Shown one piece after another: positions 1-10,429 of a DNA stretch of 64,000 nucleotides (positions are counted from its first letter, which is position 1; the number at the start of each line of letters is the position of its first letter). The notes beneath the pieces are model-generated. The model was not told where the DNA came from, made no database searches, and saw only the letters and a program-made list of their open reading frames with translations. The stretch comes from an uncultured Acidobacteriota bacterium (GTDB lineage: Bacteria; Acidobacteriota; Thermoanaerobaculia; Multivoradales; UBA5704), in NCBI GenBank assembly GCA_963700145.1, contig OY969474.1, forward strand, positions 1,344,001-1,408,000, given 5' to 3'. Both the position numbers and the translations under genes were made by a program.

Positions 1-404
1 GCCGGCGCCAGCTCGAAAGAGAGCAGCCCGTCGAGGCCCATCGCGAGGAGCGGCCCGAGCGCGCCGCGCAGGCGCAACGCCTGGTCCTTGACCGCGAAGA
101 CGACGCGCGCGTGCTCGGCGCTCCCCTCCGCCCAGCGCTCGCAGAAGCACCCCCCGGCCTCGAGGGCGAGGCTCAGGTTCGCCGCCGACCCCGACCAGGA
201 GTGCACGTTGCTCCACCAGCGGCCGACCTGGCCGAGCGCCGCATAGACCGCCGCCGGCGCGGCGCTCACCTGGAGCGTGTGCGCGACGAGGAAGCCATCC
301 GGCGCGGACTGCTTCACTTCGGCCCCGACCGGGCGGGCGCCGAGGAGAACGGCGAGACAGACGAGACCGGCGAGCGCGGCGGCGGGGCGGCGGGTCGATG
401 CCAT
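1..404 (-). CDS. SRPBCC/START-domain family secreted protein (3' end runs off the window)
   Basis: My translation from the ATG at 404: MASTRRPAAALAGLVCLAVLLGARPVGAEVKQSAPDGFLVAHTLQVSAAPAAVYAALGQVGRWWSNVHSWSG...AGGCFCERW...LRLRGALGPL. Signal peptide plus SRPBCC-like pattern; follows hutH on the same strand. Confidence 0.7.
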   Translation of the reverse strand, partial: MASTRRPAAALAGLVCLAVLLGARPVGAEVKQSAPDGFLVAHTLQVSAAPAAVYAALGQVGRWWSNVHSWSGSAANLSLALEAGGCFCERWAEGSAEHARVVFAVKDQALRLRGALGPLLAMGLDGLLSFELAP

Positions 405-418
405 GGGCGGTCCCTTTC

Positions 419-1930
419 CTAGTCCAGCCCTTCGATATGCGCGTCCAGCCCGCCGCGGAGGAGCTCTTCGGCGGCGGCGAGGTCGGGGGCCATCTCGCGG
501 TCCTCGTCCCACATCGGCACGCGGGCGCGGACGGCGGCGTGCAGGCGCTCGAGCGGCGGGCTCGAGACCAGCGGGCGGAGGAGGTCGATCCCCTGCGCCG
601 CGGCGAGGAACTCGATCGCCAGCACGCGCCGTACGTTGTCGACCACGGTCTGGAGCTTGAGCGCGGCGCCCATCCCCATCGAGACGTGGTCCTCCTTCTC
701 GGCCGAGGTGGGGATCGAGTCGACGCTCGCCGGGTGGCAGAAGATCTTGTTCTCGGCGACCAGAGCGGCGGCGGTCACCTGCGCGATCATGAAGCCGGAA
801 TTGAGCCCGGCCTCGCGCACCAGGAACGGGGGCAGCCCGGAGAAGGCGGTGTTGGTGAGCTTGTCGGTGCGCCGCTCGGAGATCGACGCCAGCTCGGCCA
901 GAGCGATGGCCAGCACGTCGGCCGCCAGCGCCATCGGCTCGCCGTGGAAGTTGCCGCCGGAGAGGACCTCCCCCTCGTCGGGGAAGACCAGCGGGTTGTC
1001 GGTCACCGCGTTCATCTCGATCGCCAGCTTGCGCTCGACGTCGGCCAGCAGGTCGCGCACCGCGCCGTGCACCTGCGGCATGCAGCGCAGGGAGTAGGGG
1101 TCCTGCACCCGCAGGTCGCCGACGCGGTGGGACTCGCGGATCGCCGAGCCCTGGAGCAGGCGGAGGAGGTTGGCCGCACTGGCGAGCTGGCCGGGGTGGG
1201 GGCGCAGGGCGTGGATGCGCGGATCGAAGGCGGTGTCGGCGCCGCGCAGGGCGTCGGTCGAGGCGGCGCCGACCAGGTCGGCGAGGCGCACCAGGCGCCG
1301 CGCTTCGAGGGCGGCGAGCGCGAGCAGCGAGGTCATCGCCTGCGTGCCGTTGATCAGCGCCAGGCCTTCCTTGGCCTGCAGGACGAGGGGCGTGAGGCCG
1401 GCGCGGGCGAGCCCTTCGGCGCCCGGCATCTCGACGCCGCGCGCCCGCACCCGTCCCTTCCCGAGGAGCGGCAGCGCCAGGTGGGCCAGCGGGGCGAGGT
1501 CGCCGCTCGCCCCCACCGAGCCGCGGCTCGGCACGACCGGCAGCACCTCCTCGTTGAGCAGCGTGAGCAGGGCCTCGATCACCTCCGGCCGCACGCCCGA
1601 GTGGCCGCACGCCAGGGTGTTGGCGCGCAGCAGGAGCATGCCGCGCACCGCCGCGTCGCCCAGCGGCTCCCCCATCCCGGCGGCGTGCGAAAGGAGGAGC
1701 CGCTCCTGCAGGAGCGCCAGGTGGTCGTCGGGGATGCGCACCCGCGCCAGGTCGCCGAAGCCGGTGTTGACGCCGTAGATCGCCTCGCCGCGCGCGACCG
1801 CCCGCTCGACCGCGGCGCGCCCGGCCGCCACCCGCTCGCGCGCCGCCGGCGCCAGCGCGCAAGGGTCCCCCGCCAGGGCCACCGCGCCGAGCTGCTCGAG
1901 CGTCAGGCTGGCGCCGTCGAGTTGGATCAT
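419..1930 (-). CDS. hutH: Histidine ammonia-lyase
   Basis: 503 aa; YGVNTGFG, GSVGASGDLAPLAH (ASG MIO motif), QDPYSLRC, SGGNFHGEP, KEDHVSMG. Confidence 0.95.
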   Translation of the reverse strand: MIQLDGASLTLEQLGAVALAGDPCALAPAARERVAAGRAAVERAVARGEAIYGVNTGFGDLARVRIPDDHLALLQERLLLSHAAGMGEPLGDAAVRGMLLLRANTLACGHSGVRPEVIEALLTLLNEEVLPVVPSRGSVGASGDLAPLAHLALPLLGKGRVRARGVEMPGAEGLARAGLTPLVLQAKEGLALINGTQAMTSLLALAALEARRLVRLADLVGAASTDALRGADTAFDPRIHALRPHPGQLASAANLLRLLQGSAIRESHRVGDLRVQDPYSLRCMPQVHGAVRDLLADVERKLAIEMNAVTDNPLVFPDEGEVLSGGNFHGEPMALAADVLAIALAELASISERRTDKLTNTAFSGLPPFLVREAGLNSGFMIAQVTAAALVAENKIFCHPASVDSIPTSAEKEDHVSMGMGAALKLQTVVDNVRRVLAIEFLAAAQGIDLLRPLVSSPPLERLHAAVRARVPMWDEDREMAPDLAAAEELLRGGLDAHIEGLD

Positions 1931-1951
1931 GTGGAGGGGAGTCTAGTGCTC

Positions 1952-2014
1952 TGTCATTCCGAGCGCAGCGAGCCCTTCCCCCGCCCAGATCCCTCGGCTT
2001 CGCTCGGGATGACA
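1952..2014. repeat. REP-like palindromic intergenic repeat, family A (TGTCATYCYGAGCG...CGCTCRGGATGACA)
   Basis: Terminal inverted arms tgtcattccgagcg / cgctcgggatgaca; related copies at 22351, 27596 and 56391. Confidence 0.8.
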
Positions 2015-2043
2015 AAGACTGCCCGCTGGTATCCTGCTTGGCG

Positions 2044-3105
2044 ATGGATCCTTTGTTCCTCCGCGCCTGCCGCGGCGAGGCGACCGAGCGGGCGCCGGTG
2101 TGGATCATGCGCCAGGCCGGGCGCTACCTGCCGCAGTACCGCGCGGTGCGGGCGCGGGCGGACTTCCTGACCCTTTGCAAGACGCCGGAGCTGGCGGCCG
2201 AGGTCACAGTGCAGCCGGTGGACGTCCTCGGCGTGGACGCGGCGATCCTCTTCGCCGACATCCTGCTGCCGCTCGAAGCGATGGGCGCGGAGCTGGTCTT
2301 CTCCCCCGGCGACGGTCCCGTTTTCCCGCAGCCGGTGCGCACCCGCGAGGCCGTCGAGCGCCTGCGCGAGCCGGAGGTCGAGGAATCCCTCGGCTACGTC
2401 TTCGACGCGCTCCGGCTGGTACGGCGCGCGCTCGACGGCCGCGTGCCGGTGATCGGCTTCGGCGGCACTCCCTGGACGCTCGCCGCCTACCTGGTCGAGG
2501 GGGGCGCCTCGAAGCAGTTCCCGCACCTCCTCGGCTGGAGCTGGAGCGACCCCGAAGGCCTCGGGCGCCTCCTCCAGCGCCTCGCCCGCACCTCGCTCGC
2601 CTACCTGCGCGCGCAGGTCGAGGCCGGCGCCCAGGCGATCCAGCTCTTCGACACCTGGGGGGGCCTGCTCGACCTCGCGCGCTGGCGGCAGATCGCGCTG
2701 CCGCCGGTCCTCACCATCCTCGACGGGCTGCGCGGGCGCGTGCCGCTCATCTATTACCTAAACGGCGGCGCCCACCTCCTCCCCGCCCTCGCCGAGCTGC
2801 CGGTCGAGGTGCTGTCGGTCGACTGGCGGCAGCCGCTCTCGGAGGTGCGGCGGCGGGTGGGGCCCGGCAAGGCCCTGCAGGGGAACCTCGATCCCGCCGC
2901 CCTCCTCGCGCCGCCGGCCGAGATCGAGCGCCGCGTCGCCGAGCTGCTCGTCGAGGGGCGCGGCGGCGCGCACATCGTCAACCTCGGCCACGGCATCCTG
3001 CCGGCGACCCCGGTCGAGCACGCGCGGGCGTTCGTCGCGGCCGCGCAGCGGCTCTCCGCGGCCGGCGCCCCCCTACCCGAGCGCGCCGCCGCCGCGCGCG
3101 TCTGA
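2044..3105 (+). CDS. hemE: Uroporphyrinogen decarboxylase
   Basis: PVWIMRQAGRYLPQY, DAAILFADIL, LQGNLDP, HIVNLGHGI motifs. Confidence 0.95.
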   Translation: MDPLFLRACRGEATERAPVWIMRQAGRYLPQYRAVRARADFLTLCKTPELAAEVTVQPVDVLGVDAAILFADILLPLEAMGAELVFSPGDGPVFPQPVRTREAVERLREPEVEESLGYVFDALRLVRRALDGRVPVIGFGGTPWTLAAYLVEGGASKQFPHLLGWSWSDPEGLGRLLQRLARTSLAYLRAQVEAGAQAIQLFDTWGGLLDLARWRQIALPPVLTILDGLRGRVPLIYYLNGGAHLLPALAELPVEVLSVDWRQPLSEVRRRVGPGKALQGNLDPAALLAPPAEIERRVAELLVEGRGGAHIVNLGHGILPATPVEHARAFVAAAQRLSAAGAPLPERAAAARV

Positions 3106-3123
3106 GCGCGCGGCCCCACCGTC

Positions 3124-4455
3124 ATGCCCGACGCGCTGGTCCTGGGGGCGGGGATCAGCGGCCTCGCCGCCGCCCGCGCGCTGCGCCGCGAGGGGGCCGA
3201 GGTCGTGGTGCTGGAGGCGGCAGAGATTCCAGGCGGCACCTTCCGCACCGCCGCCGCCCAAGGCTTCACCGCCGAGCTCGGTCCCACGACGGTGCAGGAG
3301 AGCGCCGAGCTGCGCGCGCTCGCCGAGGACGCCGGCTGCGCCGACCGACTGGTCGCCGCCGCGCCCGCCGCCCGCCGCCGCTACGTCGTCCATCGCGGCC
3401 GCCTCGTCCCGCTCCCCGGCTCGCCGCCGGCCCTCCTGCGCACGCCGCTCCTCTCCTGGCGCGCCAAGGCGCGGCTGGCCGCCGAGCCCTGGCGCCGCCG
3501 GGGCCGCGAGGGGCACGAAGAGAGCGTCGCCGCCTTCTTCCGGCGGCGGCTCGGCCCGGAGCCCGCCGCCGGCCTCGCCGATGCGATGACGCTGGGGATC
3601 TACGCCGGCGACCCCGAGGAGCTGGCGGTGGCGGGCGCCTTCCCGCGGCTCGCGGCGCTGGAGCGCGAGCACGGGAGCCTCTTCAAGGGGTTCAGGCGAG
3701 CGGGCGGCATGGGGGCGCGCCACCTCGTCGGCGCGCGCGGCGGCTGGCAGGCGTTCGCCGCAGCGCTCGCCGCGGGCCTGCAGGTCGAGACGCACTGCCG
3801 GGTGGACGGGGTGACACGGGCCGGCGGGCAGTTCCGGGTGCGGGTGCGGCAGGCGAGGGTCGAGCGCGACTTCGCGGCGCCGCGGCTCGTCGTCGCCCTC
3901 CCTGCCGCCGCGGCGGCGCGGGCGCTCGCCGGCCTCTCGCCGCACGGCGCCGCGGCCGGGCTCGACGCGCTGCCCCACGCGCCGGTCGCGGTCGTGGTGC
4001 TCGGCTGGGAGCGCGCCGCCGTCGCCCACCCGCTCGACGGCTTCGGCTTCCTCGCCCCCCATCGCGAGGGCCGGCGGCTGCTCGGCGCGATCTTCACCTC
4101 GACCCTCTTCCCCGCCGCCGCGCCCGCGGGCCACGTCCTGCTGACCGCGATGGCCGGCGGCCGGCGGCGCCCAGAGCTGGCGGACCTCCCCGAGCCCCGG
4201 CTCCTGGCCCTCGCCCGCGAGGAGCTGGCCGACCTCCTCGGCGCCAGGGGCGCGCCGGCCTTCGCCCGCGTCGCCCGCTGGCGGCCCGGGATCCCGCAGC
4301 CGACCGCGGCCCTGGCCGGCGTGCGCGCCGCCGCCGCGTCCCTGGAGCGCGCCAACCCCGGGCTCACCCTCCTCGGCAACTGGCTGCACGGAGTGGGGGT
4401 CCCCGACTGCGTGCGCGCGGGCTGGGGCGTTGACTCGCCGCGCCGGCCGCAGTAG
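3124..4455 (+). CDS. hemG: Protoporphyrinogen/coproporphyrinogen oxidase (HemY/HemG type)
   Basis: FAD-binding GAGISG, ELGP, GIYAGDP, GFGFL, GVGVPDC; directly after hemE. Confidence 0.9.
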   Translation: MPDALVLGAGISGLAAARALRREGAEVVVLEAAEIPGGTFRTAAAQGFTAELGPTTVQESAELRALAEDAGCADRLVAAAPAARRRYVVHRGRLVPLPGSPPALLRTPLLSWRAKARLAAEPWRRRGREGHEESVAAFFRRRLGPEPAAGLADAMTLGIYAGDPEELAVAGAFPRLAALEREHGSLFKGFRRAGGMGARHLVGARGGWQAFAAALAAGLQVETHCRVDGVTRAGGQFRVRVRQARVERDFAAPRLVVALPAAAAARALAGLSPHGAAAGLDALPHAPVAVVVLGWERAAVAHPLDGFGFLAPHREGRRLLGAIFTSTLFPAAAPAGHVLLTAMAGGRRRPELADLPEPRLLALAREELADLLGARGAPAFARVARWRPGIPQPTAALAGVRAAAASLERANPGLTLLGNWLHGVGVPDCVRAGWGVDSPRRPQ

Positions 4456-4458
4456 CGT
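4430..4458 (+). promoter_or_regulatory. Putative sigma70 promoter
   Basis: TTGACT (4430-4435), 17-bp spacer, TAGCGT (4453-4458), upstream of the 4546 gene, which has a strong SD (AAGGAGG). Confidence 0.5.
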
Positions 4459-4545
4459 CGAGAAGAATCCGTCACAGCACCTGTAGCGACGCAGTCGAAC
4501 GCTGTTCGTCCGCGGCATGGCACCGCCTGCCGCAAGGAGGAAGGC

Positions 4546-4956
4546 ATGAACACTGGCCGCTTCGTGGGAGCCGGGATCGCGGTCTTCGTCGTCCGCTTCC
4601 TGCTCAACTATCTCTTCTACGGGGTGCTCATCCACCCCCAGTACCAGGCGATCTCCGACGCCCATCCGGGGATGTTCCGCGAGGTGATCCCCGCCTACGC
4701 CGTGCTCGATCTGATCGCGGCGCTCCTCATCGTCTGGTTCTTCGTCAAGTGCGGCGGCGGCTACGGCGGCGGCGTCAAGGCGGGCGTGACGCTGGGCATC
4801 CTGCTCGGGCTCTTCGGCCCGGTGCTCTGCGGGCTCTACACCTTCTTCAGCGTCACCTACTACTCGACGTCGCTGCTGGGGACGGAGATCGTCTACGTGC
4901 TCGTGGCGCACGCCATCCAGGGGGCGGTGGCGGCGCTGGTCTACAAGACGGCGTAG
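4546..4956 (+). CDS. Small four-TM membrane protein of unknown function
   Basis: 136 aa, four hydrophobic segments, good SD, typical GC3 codon bias. Confidence 0.8.
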   Translation: MNTGRFVGAGIAVFVVRFLLNYLFYGVLIHPQYQAISDAHPGMFREVIPAYAVLDLIAALLIVWFFVKCGGGYGGGVKAGVTLGILLGLFGPVLCGLYTFFSVTYYSTSLLGTEIVYVLVAHAIQGAVAALVYKTA

Positions 4957-4959
4957 GCC

Positions 4960-5586
4960 CTAGAGCCACTCCCAGGAGCGGCCGTGCTGCCCCTGCGTGA
5001 CGTACTTGGTGCCGTCCGCGTTCGCAGGGGCGCCGTCGTCCCACTTGCGCAGCTCCACCTGCCCGGTGGCGCGGCTCGCCAGGTGGACTTCCAGGTAGTT
5101 CTCCCGGCTGTCCGCCAGGCGGATCGCCGGGAGCTCGTCGTCGACGGCGTCGGTCACCACGGCTCCGCTGCCGTTGAATTCCACCCACTGGGTAGGCGGG
5201 TCACCCAGCATGTTCAACATCGCCTCGTCGTCGTTCTCGCCGCCGCCGTGGGCGCGGAAGCTCACCGCGGCAGGTAGCTCGTAGCGGCCGAGCTCGCGGT
5301 CGACGCCGGCGTCGAAGTCGCCGTCGCCGCCCATCTCGACGTAGGCGAAGACCCGGCGGTTGGGGCCGTCGGCCACGACCCGCGCCGGGACGTTGCGCTT
5401 CAGCGCCTCGAAGCGGGCGCGTTGCATGAGGCTCGAGGTCTGGCGCGCGACCCCCTCGATCTTGCCGCGGTGCATGAACTTGTCGAGCGGCCCCACGGCG
5501 ATGAGCAGGAGGATCGCCATGAGCGCCAACGTGATGAGCAGCTCGACCAGCGTGAAGCCGGCCTGCCGGGGCGGACGGGGGAGCAT
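4960..5586 (-). CDS. Type IV prepilin-like protein (FimT/GspH family)
   Basis: N-terminal class III signal QAG|FTLVELLITLALMAILL; FimT-like ARFEALKRN. Confidence 0.85.
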   Translation of the reverse strand: MLPRPPRQAGFTLVELLITLALMAILLLIAVGPLDKFMHRGKIEGVARQTSSLMQRARFEALKRNVPARVVADGPNRRVFAYVEMGGDGDFDAGVDRELGRYELPAAVSFRAHGGGENDDEAMLNMLGDPPTQWVEFNGSGAVVTDAVDDELPAIRLADSRENYLEVHLASRATGQVELRKWDDGAPANADGTKYVTQGQHGRSWEWL

Positions 5587-5670
5587 GGCGTTTCAGTGTA
5601 CTCCGGTCGCCGAGCGGGGGGTAGATGCAGCCATCGCCAACCGCGCAGCCCGGGAAGCTAAGCTCGCGGC

Positions 5671-7161
5671 ATGCGGCGGCGGCGCGGACGGCGGGGCGCG
5701 TGGGCGGCCCTCGCGCTGGCGGGCGCGGGGACGCTGGCGGCGCAGCAAGTCCCGACCTTCACCGGCGAGGTGCAGGTGCAGGAGCTGGGACTGGTCTTCG
5801 AGGCGCCGCCGCGGCGGGCGCTGCTCGAGGTGCAATCCTTCGCCCTCGGCGATCTCCTGGTGCAGGAGGACGGGCTGCTGCGCCGGGTGACGCGCGTCGA
5901 CGACGAGGGGGAGACCGCCGGCGGCTGGTCGCTCGTCGTCTGGATCGACCGCACGCTGGCGGGGCCGGAGACGCTCTTCGCCGCGCCGCTGGCGCTGGCC
6001 AAGGAGGCGCGCCGGCTGGCGGCGCTGGGCACCGTCGAGGTGGTCGTCGCTGACCCCGGGCCGCGCACCCTCCTGGCGCCGACGCGCGAGGCGCGGCTCA
6101 TCGAGCAGGTGCTCGCGGACTTCGCCGGCGCAGCGCGCGTCGAGCGCGACCGCAGCGCCGCCGCGGGCCGCCCGCCGCGCGCCCGCGACCTCCCGCCGGC
6201 CGCCGTGCGCCGGCAGTGCGACCGCGTCCTGGCGCGGCTCGCCGGCCGCCGCGACCCCGGGCCCCACGCCCTGCTCTGGGTGGCGGACGGGGGCGACGAG
6301 CCGGCGCTGCGCGAGACCGGGCGCCTCCTCGCCGCCTACCGTTGGGTGGCGCTGCCGCTGCCCTTGCAGCGGATGGAGGTCGACGAGCCGACGCGCCCCT
6401 GGAGCGACACCGAACGGCAGCGCGAGGGCCTCGGCACCGGCGGCAACGACGCCACCGTGCCGCCCGCCAGTCCGCCACTCATGACCTTCCCGTCCCGCCG
6501 CCGCGGCAGCGTCGCCTCGCTGGAGGCGGTCGCCGGCCTCGCCATCGCCCCCGACCTGGCGCCGCTGCGCGCCCTGGTCGAGGAGACCGCCGGGCACATG
6601 GTCGCGGTCGAGGCGCAGCTCGCGCCGGCCCTCGAGGCCCTCGCCAATCGCCGGCAGCTCTGGATCGAGCGCGCCGCTGCGGCGGCGCCCGAGCCGCGGC
6701 TCCACCGCCTGGAAGCCACGACGATCGCCGGCCGGCCGCTGCGCACCTTCCGCTGGAGCCGCAGCGCCACTCCGCCGGCGCTGGCGGAGGCGCGCCTGCG
6801 CGCCCTCCTCGCCGACGGCGCCGGCCACGATCCGCTGCCGGCCGCGCTCGTGCGGTCCTCGCCGCCGCGCCTCGATCTCGACCTCCGCCGCTTCCGCCCG
6901 GCCGTGCCGCCCGCCGGCGCCGAGCCGGGCCGCGCGCCGCGGCTCCTGCGCCTGTCGCTCGCCGTGGCCGCCGGCGACGAGCCGCTGTCCGTCCGCCACG
7001 AGGTCCTCGACGCCGCGGCGCTGGCGCGGAGCGGCTGGCGGCACGCCGTCGCCCTGCCCGGCGCGACGGCGGCGGGCAAGGTGGCGGTGGTCGTCGAGGA
7101 CCTGACGTCCGAGACCTGGGCGGGGACGCTCGCGCACTTCGGCGCGCCGCCGAACGAGTAG
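5671..7161 (+). CDS. Secreted protein, degenerate VWA-like (acidobacterial type)
   Basis: Signal peptide, then FTGEVQVQE...DLLVQEDG and a later LVEETAG motif resembling acidobacterial VWFA proteins; no intact MIDAS motif seen. Confidence 0.55.
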   Translation: MRRRRGRRGAWAALALAGAGTLAAQQVPTFTGEVQVQELGLVFEAPPRRALLEVQSFALGDLLVQEDGLLRRVTRVDDEGETAGGWSLVVWIDRTLAGPETLFAAPLALAKEARRLAALGTVEVVVADPGPRTLLAPTREARLIEQVLADFAGAARVERDRSAAAGRPPRARDLPPAAVRRQCDRVLARLAGRRDPGPHALLWVADGGDEPALRETGRLLAAYRWVALPLPLQRMEVDEPTRPWSDTERQREGLGTGGNDATVPPASPPLMTFPSRRRGSVASLEAVAGLAIAPDLAPLRALVEETAGHMVAVEAQLAPALEALANRRQLWIERAAAAAPEPRLHRLEATTIAGRPLRTFRWSRSATPPALAEARLRALLADGAGHDPLPAALVRSSPPRLDLDLRRFRPAVPPAGAEPGRAPRLLRLSLAVAAGDEPLSVRHEVLDAAALARSGWRHAVALPGATAAGKVAVVVEDLTSETWAGTLAHFGAPPNE

Positions 7162-7210
7162 AATCGAAGACACGCCAACGCCACGCAGCGCCTTCCCGCC
7201 GCTCCTCCTC

Positions 7211-10200
7211 GTGGCCGCGCTCGCCTGGGCCGGCTCGCGCCTGACCACGCCCGGCGCCGCCCCGCCGCCCGCCGAGCGCGACACCCCCGCAGAGGCCCCG
7301 GAGCCGCCCCCCGCCGCGCCCGCGGCGGCCACGCCGGCGCCGCTCGCCATCGCCGACCAGCTCAACGACCTGCACGCCGAGTTCATCGGGCTCATCCCCC
7401 CGGAGGCGGACTCCCCCGCGCGGGTGCGGGAAGCGCTCAACGGCGCCGGCTACCGGCGCGAGTACCTGATCGTCCTGGTCCCCGACCCGCTCGACTCGAC
7501 GCTGGCCAACAACTTCGACTTCGCCCTCGACGCCCTGCGCCGCGCGTTCGCCGCGCAGGGCTACCTCCCCGACCGCGTCTATCTCCCCTGGCTCGGCGAC
7601 GGCGCCAAGGACAACCGCTACCGCCGCGAGCCGGGGATCCTCCTCTTCCGCCGCGCCGCGGGAGGGGAGCGCCGCCTCGCCACCGTGCTGCTGGTCGGCG
7701 AGCGCCCGAAGACCGGCATCCACGCCCCGGCCTTCACCGCCGCCGTCGAGATGCTGCGCGGCCGTGCGGTGGGGGGCCCGGGACACCCGCTCTTCGTGCT
7801 CGGGCCGTCGTTCTCGGGGTCGGCCGAGTCGCTGCGGCTGGCGCTGCAGCGGCTGCCGGACCTCGACGTCGAGGTCGTCACCGGCACCGCCACCGCCGAC
7901 GGCCTCGAGGAGACGCTCGAGATCGCGCACGCCGACGCGGGGCCGACCCCGTACGGCGCCGCCGCCAAGCGGATCTCCTTCTGCCGCACCGTCCTGCCGG
8001 ACTCGGTCCTCCAGGAGGAGGCGCAGAGCTTCTTCGAGGAGTCGCTGGGCTGGAACCTGGGCCGCATCGCCCTGCTCGTCGAGGAGGACACCGCCTACGG
8101 CGGCGAGGCGGCGGAGGCGGGCCGCGGCTCGAAGCCGCTCGTGGTCCGCTTCCCGAGCGGCCTCACCGAGGTGCGCAAGCTCTGGGAGACCCACCGGCCG
8201 CAGGCGGAGTCGGCGCCGGCGCCCGCCCTGCCGGGCGTGGCGACGGAGGAGGCGGCGTCCGAGCTGAGCCTCGCCGACCCCGCCGCGCCGGCCGACGTCG
8301 GCTCCGAGTTCGATCCCCTGACGCCGCGCACCAAGGAGCTGATGATCGCCAACCTCCTGGAGAGCATCCCGCGCTACGGCGTGCGCTACGTCGGGATCAT
8401 CGCCACCGACACCCGCGACAAGCTCTACCTGACCGAGCGCATGCGCGGCTTCGCCCCCGGCACCGTGCTCTTCGCCTTCGAGAACCACCTCGTCCAGGCC
8501 CACCCGCGCTTCGTGCGGCCGCTGCGCCCGGTGCTCTTGGTCGGCAACTTCCCGACCACCACCGACTACCGCCCGCGGAGCGAACGGGCGAATGCCACCC
8601 TGCGGCAGTTCGGCAGCGAGTTCCACCAGGGCATCTACCGCGCCGCCGAGCTGCTCGTCGGCCGGCTGCGCGGGCAGCGCGTCGACGTCGGCGAGCCGCG
8701 CGTCTGGATCACGGTCTCGGCGAAGGGGACGATCCTGCCGGTGGCCTCGATCGCCGCCGCCGCCCCGGACGCCCGGCTGTGCACGCCGCCGCCGGGAGCG
8801 GGCGCGGCGCCGACGCCGACGCCCTGCGGCGCCGGCCTGCCGTCGCTCGGCGCCGCGGGGTATCTCATCGCCGCGCTCGCGGTCGGGGCGCTACTGGCGC
8901 TGGGCTTCGTCCTGCGCTGGGCGGTGCCGCCGGGCGCGCCGCGGGCGGCGCCGCTGCTCGAGGCGCTCGGCACCGGAGCGCTCTGGCTGCCCGCCGCGGC
9001 GCTCTTCCTCGTCGCCTTCTACGTCCCCGGCTTCTGGCGCGAGCTCTGCCTGCAGGGCACGCCCTGGCTCGTCGCCGGGCTCTGGGTCGCCGTCCTCGCC
9101 CCGTTCGCCGCCCTCACCGTGCTGCTCTACCGCAGCGTGGCGAGCCTGCCGGCGGCGCCGGGCGCGGGGATGGCCGCCGGCGCGCTCCTGCCGCTCGTCC
9201 TGGCGGCCTTTCTGATCGCGCCGCTCTGGCCGGCGGCGACGGCGGGCGACGACTACCTCACCTTCCTCCACCTCCGCGCCCGCCAGCCGCTCTCCGGGGT
9301 CTCGCCACTGCCGCCGCTCCTCTTCCTGGGCCTCGCCGCCTGGACCTGGGCGCGCCTGGAGATGCAGCGCCTGCGTCAGCGCGCGCGCTTCGAGGTCGAT
9401 TGGCCGATCCACGACGCCAGCGACCCCGCGCTCGCCGGCTGCGGCGAGCTGGTGCGCCGGGTGGAGCGGCGCACGACCGAGCTCCTCCCCCGGTCGCGGC
9501 GCTTCTGGGCGATCACGGCGCTGGCGCTGCTCCTGCCCGTGCTTGCGCTGCTGCGCGCCATCCAGCCGATCGTCGAGCCGCGCCGCTACGGCTGGCTCTT
9601 CTTCCTCCTCGCCCTCGTCCCCTTCCTGCTGGCGTCGATCTCGTTCCTGCGCTTCGTCCGCATCTGGCGCCACCTGGAGCGCCTCCTCGACCGCTTCGAG
9701 CAGAGCGACCTGTGCGCGGCGCTCGCCGGCATCGGCAAGGAGGTGGGGTGGAAGCCGATCAACTCGTTCAGCTGGCGGATGCCGAGCTTCCGCCTGCTGG
9801 TGCTCTCGGCGCGCAAGCTCAAGGCGGTCGAGGCGCACTCGACGGTGGACCTGACCGGCGAGGGGACCGTCGCGCTCGACGCCGTCCTCACCGACTTCTT
9901 CCGCGCCGAGGAGGCCCGGAACCTGAAGCGCGAGCTGGCGGCGCGGCGGAAGCTGCGCAAGGCGTTCGACGCCGCCATCGCGCGCCTCGACCCGGGCACC
10001 GGCGGCGAGGCGGTCACCGCCTTCCTGGCCGTCCAGGTCGTGGCCTACCTGCGCTACGTCTTCCTCCACCTGCGCCAGTCGCTGGTGGCGGCGCTGGGGA
10101 CCTGGCTCTTCCTGCTGGCCGCGGTCTCGAGCTACGCCTTCGAGCCCAAGCGCTGGATGAGCCTCGGCCTCTGGCTGGCGCTCGGCGCGGCCTCGATCCT

Positions 10201-10417
10201 GACCCTGTGGACCTTCGTGCAGATGGACCGCAACGCGATCCTCTCGCGCATCGGCGAGGGGGAGGCGGGGCGCGTCAACTTCAGCCGCCCGTTCGTGGTC
10301 AACGCGCTGACCTACGGGCTGGCGCCGCTGATCGCGGTGGTGCTCTCGATCTTCCCCGAGCTGGGGCGCCACCTGGGGCGCTGGACCGACCCGCTGCTGC
10401 GGCTGGTCGGGGACTGA
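7211..10417 (+). CDS. Large uncharacterised membrane protein (soluble N-terminal half, multi-TM C-terminal half)
   Basis: 1068 aa with strong codon bias; about ten hydrophobic segments after residue ~550; start uncertain (GTG). Confidence 0.8.
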   Translation: MAALAWAGSRLTTPGAAPPPAERDTPAEAPEPPPAAPAAATPAPLAIADQLNDLHAEFIGLIPPEADSPARVREALNGAGYRREYLIVLVPDPLDSTLANNFDFALDALRRAFAAQGYLPDRVYLPWLGDGAKDNRYRREPGILLFRRAAGGERRLATVLLVGERPKTGIHAPAFTAAVEMLRGRAVGGPGHPLFVLGPSFSGSAESLRLALQRLPDLDVEVVTGTATADGLEETLEIAHADAGPTPYGAAAKRISFCRTVLPDSVLQEEAQSFFEESLGWNLGRIALLVEEDTAYGGEAAEAGRGSKPLVVRFPSGLTEVRKLWETHRPQAESAPAPALPGVATEEAASELSLADPAAPADVGSEFDPLTPRTKELMIANLLESIPRYGVRYVGIIATDTRDKLYLTERMRGFAPGTVLFAFENHLVQAHPRFVRPLRPVLLVGNFPTTTDYRPRSERANATLRQFGSEFHQGIYRAAELLVGRLRGQRVDVGEPRVWITVSAKGTILPVASIAAAAPDARLCTPPPGAGAAPTPTPCGAGLPSLGAAGYLIAALAVGALLALGFVLRWAVPPGAPRAAPLLEALGTGALWLPAAALFLVAFYVPGFWRELCLQGTPWLVAGLWVAVLAPFAALTVLLYRSVASLPAAPGAGMAAGALLPLVLAAFLIAPLWPAATAGDDYLTFLHLRARQPLSGVSPLPPLLFLGLAAWTWARLEMQRLRQRARFEVDWPIHDASDPALAGCGELVRRVERRTTELLPRSRRFWAITALALLLPVLALLRAIQPIVEPRRYGWLFFLLALVPFLLASISFLRFVRIWRHLERLLDRFEQSDLCAALAGIGKEVGWKPINSFSWRMPSFRLLVLSARKLKAVEAHSTVDLTGEGTVALDAVLTDFFRAEEARNLKRELAARRKLRKAFDAAIARLDPGTGGEAVTAFLAVQVVAYLRYVFLHLRQSLVAALGTWLFLLAAVSSYAFEPKRWMSLGLWLALGAASILTLWTFVQMDRNAILSRIGEGEAGRVNFSRPFVVNALTYGLAPLIAVVLSIFPELGRHLGRWTDPLLRLVGD

Positions 10418-10429
10418 GAGGCACGGAGC